Positions 47,897 to 64,000 of a stretch of 64,000 bases of DNA are shown one piece after another. The stretch lies in the NCBI RefSeq assembly GCF_009914755.1, contig NC_060931.1, one strand, 5' to 3'. The translations under genes were made by a program, and so were the position numbers. The notes under the pieces were generated by a model. The model was not told the DNA's origin, searched no databases, and saw only the letters and a list, made by a program, of their open reading frames with translations. Numbering within the stretch: position 1 is the stretch's first letter; each line of letters starts with the position of its first letter. The stretch is from the human T2T-CHM13v2.0 reference genome, Homo sapiens.

Positions 47897-47953
<57 letters not shown>
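47885..47953 (+). repeat. (CT)n microsatellite
   Basis: Seen directly. Confidence 0.95.
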
Positions 47954-47955
<2 letters not shown>

Positions 47956-49757
47956 CTGGAGTGCAATGGTGCGATCTGGGCTTACTACAACCTCTGCCTC
48001 AAGAGTCCCTCTGCTGGGACTACAGGTGCACACAACCACGTCCAGCTAATTTTTGTGGGGTTTTTTTGTTTTTTTGTTTTTTTGTAGAGATAGGGTTTCG
48101 CCGTGTTGCCCAGGCTGGTCTCAAGCAGTCCTCCTAGGTTCAAGCAATCTTCCGGCCTCAGCCTCCCAAAGTTCTGGGCTTACAGACCTGAGCCATTGTG
48201 CCTGACTAACACCCCTTTCTTGGCAGCCTTCCTGTCCATATCTGGCCTCTCTACTCCCCTACCTGGGTTTCTGGGATGACTTGCACTTAAGTCCTTGGAG
48301 GGAACTTTAAGCAGAAGGATAGAGGAGAAAACTCAGAAATGGTGTGGGACCAGCAGCTTCCCCATTGTCTGGTCTGGAGTGGAGGTGGTCCAGGGATCCG
48401 GGGAGCCTGGCTCAAGCAGGATAGAAGTGACATCCAGGCTGGCCATCAGGGGGTGCAGTTCAGCAGCAGAGTCTCCAGGCCTGCTCACACTTGGACTGGT
48501 GCAGGATTCTCTTCTGGATAGCCTGTTTAGATTGCAGTAGGACCTGAAGACTTGAAATTGGTGTTCAGCCCTGGGAGAGGGGTCTGGCCAGGCTTGCACA
48601 GCTGGGTCCAGGCTCAGGACTGAGGTAGAAGCATAGTATTCATCACAGCTGGAGCAAAAGTCCAGAAGAATGGACTTAACACTCCCAGTGGGTCAGAGGA
48701 GAGGCTAGCACGGGGTACAGACAAGATTCTGCAGACAGAGGCCAGAAGATTTTGTAGGCTACAAGATTCCGTAGACAGAGGCTCATGCCTATAATCCCAG
48801 CACTTTAGGAGGCCAAGGCAGGTGGATCACTTGAGGCCAGGAGTTCAAGACCAGCCTGGCCAACATGGTGAAACCCTGTCTCTACTAAAAATACAAAAAT
48901 TAACCAGATGTGGTGGCGCATGCCTGTAATCCCAGCTACTCAGGAGGCTGAATCAGGAGGATCGCTTGAACCCAGGAGGCGGAGGTTGCAGTGAGCCGAG
49001 ATCACACCACTGCACTGCAGCCTGGGTAACAGAGCAAGACTCTGTCTAAATAAATAAATAAATAAAGAAATAAAATCATGCAGACCTCATCCCCAGGAGG
49101 CAGTCTGAAATGGCTCAGGAAAAAAAAAACAGCAGGTGAAATTTGTGCAGGGGGATCTCACCTGAACAAGGATCAGAAAGACAAGGGGTTGTCCCCAAAC
49201 CTACCCACCCTCCTAGTGGCAGCTGGACCCTGGACCCCCTCACCACCACCAGCCTACCCCATGCTATCCATCACCGGCCAGCTCATGTCCTAAACATCTC
49301 TGCATCCCTCCTCTCTCTCCATCCACGCTGCTGCCTCACTGGTCCTGGCCACCACGGCTCTCTCAGCTAGGCTGCAGTCACTTCCAGGCTGGATTCCCCA
49401 CCCCTGCCCTTGACCTCCTCCTGTCCTCTACTCCACAAGGCAGCCAGAAGAATCTGCCAATGTATCCAGTCTTCTCTTGGGCTAGAGCCTTCTGGTGGCT
49501 TCCAATCTGCACCCATCCAAGCCCTTTGTGTCAGGCACCATCTCATCTTCATAAATCCTGTTTCTATTGCCTGGAGGACTCCCCCAGCCCTAACTTCCCC
49601 TGTTCCTAAATGACATTTCACCACCCTTCAGATCTCAATGTCACTTTTGACAGAAACCTTAGCCAGGCATGGTAGCACACACCTGTGGTCCCAGCTACTC
49701 TGAAGACTGAGGAGAAATGATCTCTTGAAGTCAGGAGTTGGGGGTTGCAGTGAGCTA

Positions 49758-50159
<402 letters not shown>

Positions 50160-50920
50160 TTACTAGAAGGGTCCAGACCAACACAAGAGCACTAGGAGCC
50201 AAAGATGAAATTCACAAAAGAGCAATTATGAGAAATGGGAGAAAGATGGAGGGACTGCAACATAGGGCTAATGGAAGTTTTAGAAAAACAGCAGAAAATC
50301 ACAGAGAAGCAATATATGATGGACAATCAATGAGAATTTTCAAAAACTAGGCTGGGCGTTTTGGCTCATGCCTATAAACCCAGCACTTTGGGAGGCTGAA
50401 GCAAGTGGATCAACTGAGGTCAGGAGTTCCAGACCAGCCTGGCCAATATGGTGAAACCTCGTCTCTACTAAAAATACAAAAATTAGCCTGGCGTGGTGGC
50501 GTGCACCTGTAGTCCCACCTACTCAGGAGGCTAAGGCAGGAGAATCACTTGAACCCGGGAGGCAGAGGTTGCAGTGAGCCAATATTGTGCCACTGCACTC
50601 CAGACTGGATGACAGAGCAAGACTCCATCTCAAAAAAAAAAAAAAAAAAAAAAAGGAAAAGAAAGAAAAAAGAACTAAAGAGTCATACAAGTCCTCAAAT
50701 CAAAAACATACTCTAAGAACAAACAGCATAAATTAATATGTCTATATAGGGTTCTATCATTATTAAACCACTTAACATCAAGGATAAAGAGGAATTTTTT
50801 TTCTTTTTTTTTCTTTTTTTGAGATAGGGTCTCACTCTGTCACCCAGGCTGGAGTGCAGTGGTGCAATCATAGCTCACTGTAGCCTCAAACTCCTGGGCT
50901 CAAGCAATTCTCCCAAGTAA

Positions 50921-51246
<326 letters not shown>

Positions 51247-51779
51247 TAGTAGAGACAGGGTTTCTCCATGTTGGTCAGGCTGGTCTCAAACTCCCGAAGT
51301 GAAGTGATCAGCCTGCCTCGGCCTCCTGGAGTGCTGGGACTACAGGCCTGAGCTACTGCGCCCAACCTCAGGATGGAAATCTTAAAAGTTACTAGGCCAG
51401 GTGTGGTGGCTCATGCCTATAATCCCAGCACTTTGGGAGGCCGATGTGGGCAGATCAGCAGAGGTCAGGAGTTTGAGATTATCCTGACCAACATCATGAA
51501 ACCCTGCCTCTACTAAAAATGAAAAAAAAAAAAAATTAGCCAGGCATGGTGGTGTGCGCTTGTAATCCCAGCTGCTTGGGAGGCTGAGGCAGGATAATCA
51601 CTTGAACCTTGGAGGCCAAGGTTGCAGTGAGCCAAGATCACGCCACTGCTCACCAGCCTGGGCAACAATCTGTGAAGAAGGAAAAAAGAGAAGAGAAGGG
51701 AAGGGGAGGGGAGGGGAAGGGGGAGAGGAAGGGGAAGGGGAAGGGAATGGAAGGGAAGACAATTAAAAAAAAAAAAAAA

Positions 51780-53970
<2,191 letters not shown>

Positions 53971-55679
53971 TGTTGTTTGTTTGTTTGTTGTTGAGACAGA
54001 GTCTTCCTCCGTCAACCAGGCTGAATAGAGTGCAGTGGTACAATCACAGGTCACTGCAGCCTCAAACTCAAGCAATCCTCCCACCTCAGGCTCCCAAGTA
54101 GCTGGGACTACAGGCACATAGCACCACACACAGCTGCTGCTTCTTTTTTTTTAGTGACAGGGTCTTGCTATGTTGTCCAGGCTGGTCATGAACTCCTGGC
54201 CTCAAGCCATCCTCCTGCCTCAGCCTCCCAAAGTGTTGGGATTACAGGCGTGAGCAGCCATGCCCAGCTGCAACACCATTTGTTGACATGACTACCATTT
54301 ATCCATTTGATTGTCTTTGCCATTTTGTAAAAACCAGCTGACCCTGAGGTGGGCAGATTGCTTGAGCCCAAGAGTTCAAGACCAGCCTGGGCAACATGTT
54401 GAAACCCTATCTCTATTATTAAAAAAAAAAAAAAAATCAACTAACCATGTATGTGTTGGTTTATGGAGTTTCAAAACATGGTTAACAGGATAGAGCTTTT
54501 CGTGTTAGGGAGAAGGAAAGGGGAATTTAGATAGATAAAATTCTTTAATTTTTTCAAGATTTTGTTTGTTTTATTTATTTAGTTAGTTTAGTTTAGTTTT
54601 TGAGATGGAGTCTCACTCTGCTGCTCAGGGTGGAATGCAGTGGCACAATCTTGGCTCATTGCAACCTCCATCTCCTGAGTTCAGGCAATTCTGCCTCAGC
54701 CTCCTGAGTAGCTGGGATTACAGGCATGTGCCACCACACCTGGATAATTTTTGTATTTTTAGTAGAGACAAGGTTTCACTACATTGGCCAGTCTGGTCTC
54801 AAACTCCTGACCTCAAGTGATCTGCCTGCCTCAGCCTTCCAAAGTGCTGGGATTACAGGCATAAGCCACTGCACCCAGCCTGTTTTGTTTCAATTGCAAA
54901 TAAGAATTGCACATATTTATGGGGTACCTAGGGATGTTTTGATACATATGCACAGGTTGTATGTGCAACCTCACAGATGACGTTCCCCATGAAACGCTCT
55001 GAGATGGATTGAGCAAGCAGGATATTTATTAAGCAGTGCCCTTGAAGGCCAGGCACAGTGGTTTATGGCTGTAATCCCAGCACTTTGGGAAGCTGAGGAT
55101 TGCTTGAGCCCAGGAATTGGAATTCAAGACCAGCCTGGGCAACATAGCAAGACCCCCACCTCCACAAAAAATAAAAAAGCTGGGCATGATGGTGCATACC
55201 TGTAGTCCTAGCTACTCAGGAGGATGAGGCAGGAGGATCACTTGAACCCAGGAGTTAAGAGGCTGCAGTGAGCCATGATTGCACCACCGCACCTCCAACC
55301 TGGGTGACAGAGCAAGACACTGTCTCTTTAAAAAAAAAAAAAAAAAAGGTGTTCTTGAGAGCAAGAGGCCAGAAGGAAGCAGGAGCAAGCAATGGAGAAA
55401 TGGTGAGAAGGTAAGCTTCCACTGAGCCCAGGAGAACAGGAGCTGAAACAGCCATTCACACTTGTCCAGGCTTGGCCAAGGTGGTTGGACCTCCACCCTT
55501 CCACGGCCATGGGATATTGGGAGAAGGAGTTCCCTGTAGTTGAGACAGTTCCTGTGGACAGCATTCACAGAGGGGCCACAAACCCTTCATGGAAGGTGGT
55601 GTGAACCATGTGCCTCTGCACTCTGCCACAGTAGGGCTGTACTTTGTGCTTTCTTTTTATTTTTCTTTTTCCTTTTTGA

Positions 55680-55955
<276 letters not shown>

Positions 55956-56358
55956 TAGCCTTACGCTTTGTGTTTTCATCTGCATCTGCCATGAATGAGG
56001 AAGAATGCCTTTTCATATTCTTGGAGGGAAGTTCTAGAGAGGGTGACCAAGTGGCTCCAGGCCTTCGTGAGACAAAAGGGAACCCCTCTGGAGCAGCCTC
56101 TAGAGTAGTGGAAGGCCAGGCAGACCTGGATCTAATTTTAGTCTTTTGTGACCTAACTCTGCACTCCGAAGGGAGTGACTCAACTCCTCTGAGCCTCAGT
56201 TTCCCTCTCATAAAATGACAGAGATTGTGATTGTAGTGGAGGATAAAAAAGGAAGGGAAGGAGATGTCCTCACTTTAATCTAAACTCTGATCCTGTCCAC
56301 AGAATTTAAGGACATTTAGTCAAATTCAGAGGCCCAGCAAAGTTGTTCCCATGGGTCA

Positions 56359-56630
<272 letters not shown>

Positions 56631-57663
56631 TCACTGCACTCTAGCCTGGGTGACAGGGCAAGACCCTGTCTCAAAAAAAAAAAAAAAAAAATAGATCTGA
56701 GGACCATTGACAACATGCTGGGTTCAGTGTGGCCTCCTGAGCCTGGTTCCAGCCTTCTATCTCCTTAGGCCTGGGGTGCGGATGATGCCTTACCCACTCA
56801 CTCTGTTTGGGAGTTGAACAGTAAATTAAAGTGCTTCGTTATCTCATTTGAGAGTGGCGTAAAACACTTTGGAAAGGCTGGAGCATTCACAGCAATCAAG
56901 CTCTGAAAGGTTCTCAGTTGCTGGAAGGAATATCCTCTGATAGATTGCTCTTTTCTCTGAAACGTGGCTTACATCTCATGAGCAATTCCAGCAGTGTCCA
57001 CTGCAGATGTTTTTGGCATCTTCACAAAGGAGTTAAAGAGATCAGACTCGTTCCCAAGAGAGAAAAATCATCTTTGCAATGTCCAAAAAGATTCCCTGGG
57101 CACAGCTCCCTCTGCTGTGACCTGCCAAGAAATTTTGGGGCTGCTTAGGACATGGGGTCATTCTCTAGCTCCAGTATACTCACCAGTGGTCAGTCACCAC
57201 CTATGCATCGTGAGTCACTCCACAAACCTTAAATGAACATCATGTTGGGGAAGGCCATGCTTCGTCTCAGCCCTGCCCTCCCTGGGCTTACCATCCAAAC
57301 TTGGCCCTGTGTAAATTCTACAGGATTCACCCCTGGTTTTCCTGTCCACTGACTCAAATGACCAACATCTCAACACCTTCCTGGGGGTCAGACATGCAGA
57401 GACTTGCATTTTCGTGATCATAAAATTGAGGTACAATGTATCCAAAATAAACCTTCAGAATCTCAGACTCCAGTCCTCTCCAGAATTAGTTTCCAGATTT
57501 TTAAACATTTAATTTTATTTTTAGAGAAGGGGTCTCACTATGTTGCCCAGGCTGTTCTTGAACTGCTGGGCTCAAGCAATCCTCCCATCTCAGCCTTCCA
57601 AAGTGCTGAGATTACAAGCATGAGCCACCATGCCTGGCCACTTAAAAATAATAATAATAATAA

Positions 57664-57822
<159 letters not shown>

Positions 57823-58207
57823 TAGGGAGAAGGTCTTGCTAGGTTGCCCAGGCTGGTCTCAAACTCCTGGGCTGAAGTGAGCCTCCCACCTTGGCCTCCC
57901 AAAATGCTGGGGTTATAGGTATGAGCCACTGTGCCATCCCAGTTTCCAGAATATTAAAGAGCTTCTGTTGGGTTAGGCTTAGGAACAGGCAAAATAATAA
58001 CAACAACAATTTTCCTCTGTTGGGCACTTCCCATTGGCCAGAACTGTACTCAGAACCAACACACATCACCCAGAATCCTTATAACAACCCCAATTTATAG
58101 ATGGAAAAGTTGAAGCATGGAGGTATGAGTAGCAGGGGTGTGGAGGGCCTGCAACCTCTATCTTCCACCAGGTCAACCTTTTGGTTCTTAGAAACTGTGC
58201 AGGCAGG

Positions 58208-58649
58208 CACGTATGTTTATTGCGGCACTATTCACAATAGCAAAGACTTGGAACCAACCCAAATGTCCATCAATAATAGACTGGATTAAGAAATCCATTT
58301 ATGGATTATGCAGCCATAAAAAAGGATGAGTTCATGTCCTTTGTAGGGACATGGATGAAGCTGGAAACCATCATTCTGAGCAAACTATCGCAAGGACAGA
58401 AAACCAAACACCGCATGTTCTCACTCATAGGTGGGAATTGAACAATGAAAACACTTGGACACAGGGTGGGGAACATCACACACCAGGGCCTGTTGTGCGG
58501 TGGAGGGAGGGGGGAGGGATAGCATTAGGAGATATACCCAATGTAAATGATGAGTTAATGGGTGTAGCACACCAGCATGGCACATGTATACATATGTAAC
58601 AAATCTTCACATTGTGCACATGTACCCTACAACTTAAAGTATAATAAAA

Positions 58650-58717
<68 letters not shown>

Positions 58718-58718
58718 A
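58208..58718 (+). mobile_element. 5'-truncated L1PA 3' end with (AAAG)n tail
   Basis: cgtatgtttattgcggcactattcacaatagcaaagacttggaaccaaccc...acttaaagtataataaaaa; TSD agaaac(t/c)gtgcaggcagg. Confidence 0.9.
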
Positions 58719-58811
58719 ACCGTGCAGGCAGGACAGGCATAATGGCTCATACCTGTAATCCCAGAATTTTGGGAGGCTGAGGCGGGCAGCTCACTTGAGG
58801 TCAGGAGTTCA

Positions 58812-59015
<204 letters not shown>

Positions 59016-59558
59016 TCAGCCATGGATTAAGACCAAAAAGAAAGAAAAAAAAAATGCTGAAAGGGCACAAGCTGAGGAGTGGGGAGGAGAGGAGAAGAGG
59101 CAGATGGAAGTGAGCCCAGGTGCAGAGAGAGATAGGAGGGAAAGACTGAGTGGCCTCTTGTCCTGCTGCAGCCTTGCCTATGGACAGCCTGGAGCTGTCA
59201 TCCTCACCATGGTGCCTAGTGTTCCCTCACTGATCTGACTCATAGGTGTTCCTTCACCACCTCTGCCTGCTCAGCCCTGGGGCAGCCCTGGGGAGACCCA
59301 AGGAAAGCTGGGTCCACGTGCACCTTTCCTCCTAACCTCCTCTAGCCTCAGTCTCCCCATCTGTAGAAAGGGCACATGAATCCCTACCTCTCCAGAGGAT
59401 CAGACGCAACAATGTACCCACGGGCACCAAGGAGAAGCCCTGGACACACACCCGTTTCCTTCCTTTCCTCCTTCATAAGTCAGGAAAGAGTACAGAATAC
59501 AAGCCACAAAGGGAGCCTGCCCTTAAGCAAGACTGCCAAAGAATTGCTTTGTCCACGC

Positions 59559-59594
59559 ATTCATTCATTCATTCATTCATTCATTCATTCATTC
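59559..59594 (+). repeat. (ATTC)n at an L2 3' end
   Basis: Followed by aacagatacttcctgagcatctactgtgtgccagg. Confidence 0.85.
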
Positions 59595-60743
59595 AACAGA
59601 TACTTCCTGAGCATCTACTGTGTGCCAGGAAGAGCATTGAGGCTTTCCTTTCCTAAAGGCATTCTCTTTTCTTTCTTTTCTTTTTTTTTTTTTTGAGACA
59701 GAATCCCACTCTGTTGGCCAGACTGGAGTGCAGCGGTGCAATCTTGACTCACTGCAACCTCCGCTTCCTGGGTTCAAGAGATTCTTGTGCCCCACCACTC
59801 GAGTAGCTAGGATTACAGGCATGCATTGCCATGCTTGGCTAATTTTTGTAGCTGGGACTACAGGCACCTGCCACCATGCCGGGCTAATTTTTTGTATTTT
59901 TAGTAGAGACGGGTTTTCACCAAATTAGCAAGCATGGACTCAATCTCCTGACTTCGTGATCCCCCCACCTCGGCCTCCCAAAGTGCTGAGATTACAGGCA
60001 TGAGCCACCACCGCACCCGGTCTTTTTTTTTTTTTTTTTTTTTTTTTTGAGATAGAGTTTTGTTCTTGTTGCCCAGGCTGGAATGCAATGGCGTGATCTC
60101 GGCTCACTTCAACCTCCACCTCCCGGGTTCAAGCAATTCTGACTCAGCCTCCCAAGTAGCTGGGATTATAGGCATGCGCCACCACACCCAGCTAATTTTT
60201 GTATTTTTAGTAGAGATGGGGTTTTACCATGTTGGCCAGGCTGGTCTTGAACTCCTGACCTCATGTGATCCACCTGTCTTGGCCTCCCAAAGTGCTAGGA
60301 TTACAGGAGTGAGCCACTGTGCCTGGCCTATGTCTTTCTTTCTTTCTTTCTGTTTTTAATTTATATTTGTTTGAGCCCCTCCTTTGACATCTGTTTGTTT
60401 TTGTTGTATTGGTTTTTTTTTTTAGAGATAGGGTCTCATTCTGTCACCCAGGGTGGAGTGCAGTGGTGTGATCACAGCTCACTGCAACCTCCAATTCCTG
60501 GCCTCAAGTGATCCTCCTGCCTTAGCCTCCTGAGTAGCTGGGATGCAGGTGTGTGCTGCCACACCCAACTAATTTTTTTTAAATTTTAATATTTTCTTTT
60601 AGAGATAGAGTCTGGCTGTTTCACTCACGCTCCAGTGCAGTGGCAGGAGCATAGCTCGCTGCAACCTCAAATTCCTATGCTTAAGCAATCCTCCTGCCTC
60701 AGCCTCTTGAGTTGTTGAGGCACCTGTCATCACAACCAGCTGA

Positions 60744-60923
<180 letters not shown>

Positions 60924-60992
60924 CTAGGGACTGTGGACAGAGCACTGAGCAAGATAGGAAAAAACCAGCATGCACTCTGGGTGAGTGTCAGC

Positions 60993-61140
60993 AGAGCCGG
61001 TCTCAGGGGGCATGAGCCATGCAATTACACACTCGGTTTCATGCTGTACGGTGGCCATTTTGAAATCCTTAATAATTTTTCAACAAGAGCCCTCAAGTTT
61101 CATTTTGGAACGGGCCCTGCAAATTATGTAGCCGGTCCTG
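60993..61140 (+). mobile_element. MER53-like DNA element
   Basis: tttcattttggaacgggccctgcaaattatgtagccggtcctg terminus. Confidence 0.5.
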
Positions 61141-61503
61141 TGTGTCAGGCCAAACTAGCAGATAAGGAAATGAGGCACAGAGAGGGAAATAACTCCACCA
61201 AGGTTCACACAGGATGCAAGCCACACAGCTGGGATTGAAACCCAGGTTAGACTGGGTGCAGTGGCTCATGCCTGTAATCCCAGTACTTTGGGAGGCCAAG
61301 GTGGATGGATCATCTAAAGTCAGGAGTTCAAGACCAGCCTGACCAACACGGTAAAACTCCATCTCTACTAAAAATACAAAAATTAGCTGGGTGTGGTGTC
61401 TCACGCCTGTAATCCCAGCATTTTGGGAGGCCGAGGCGGGTGGATCACGAGGTCAGGAGATTGAGACCATCCTGGCTAACACGGTGAAACCCCGTCTCTA
61501 CTA

Positions 61504-62163
<660 letters not shown>

Positions 62164-62343
62164 CTAATTGTCCCCAAGGAGAAAACTTCCCAGGTCTTCG
62201 GAGGCAGCAAAAGCTTTCCTGGCACAGAGCTAGAAAAGAAGATTCTCATGGTGTCCCATGTGGCAGGAACTACAGGAGCTGGGGTGGGTAATCCATTTAG
62301 GCCACTTGACAAACACCTATTTTTAGGTCAACTCTGAGAATAG

Positions 62344-62808
<465 letters not shown>

Positions 62809-63150
62809 TGAGCCACTGCGCCCAGCCATGCTGTGTGCTTTTTAGCATTTTCTTCAGTTTTTGTTGCAACCTATGAGTCAGGAACTCTTATTATGCTATT
62901 TTACCTAGGAGGAAAAGAGCATTCACAGAGATTAAACAGTGTGTTCAGGCCGGGTGTGGTGGTAATCACATCCATGACCGTAATCCCAGCACTTTGGGAG
63001 GCCAAAGCGGGAGGATTGCTTGAGTCCAGGAATTCAAGACCAGCCTGGGCAACTTAGTAAAACCTCCATCTCTTTTGTAAAAAAATAAATAATAAAATAC
63101 TTTAGGAGGCCAAGGCAGGCAGATCACTTGAGGTCAGGAGTTCAAGATCA

Positions 63151-63408
<258 letters not shown>

Positions 63409-63412
63409 CTAA

Positions 63413-63988
<576 letters not shown>

Positions 63989-64000
63989 TAGTAGAGACGG

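Noticed and set aside
48721-48782. 22-nt direct repeat with 18-nt spacer (CRISPR-like appearance)
   Set aside because: Only two imperfect copies in primate DNA next to a truncated Alu; a simple local duplication.
56900-57240. Unique-looking segment with 76-80 aa ORFs
   Set aside because: No recognisable homology or convincing splice-site pair.

Overview
Human/great-ape genomic DNA, very Alu-rich (roughly half the window by eye). It is most consistent with the SPDYE/PMS2-pseudogene segmental-duplication array of chr7q11.23 (Williams-Beuren low-copy repeats); the exact paralogs cannot be fixed from sequence alone. Bases 1-~9790 recur almost identically at 28101-~37873 (period ~28.1 kb). Each copy holds an intact 6-coding-exon Speedy/RINGO-E (SPDYE) gene on the minus strand encoding 265 aa, and the two proteins differ at one residue (D173 vs E173 in the acidic Speedy-box motif). 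Between them on the plus strand lies a promoterless PMS2 pseudogene module: PMS2 exons 2-5 with intact splice sites, an exon exapted from an MST (MaLR) LTR, and a terminal exon antisense to the SPDYE last exon. The most striking observation is that the five internal PMS2P exons total 603 nt (201 codons), contain no stop codon, and start and end in the same phase. Unit-to-unit splicing along the array, or back-splicing, would therefore give an in-frame concatemer or an endless circular ORF of an ATPase-dead MutL N-domain. Other features are a deleted ERV relic (RNase H/IN/env-TM/LTR), an Alu-Alu chimeric duplication junction, an old ~495-bp tandem duplication with U6 5' fragments in the SPDYE 3'UTR, and nested transposons. 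Bases 37.9-64 kb have no recognisable gene and are repeat-dominated.
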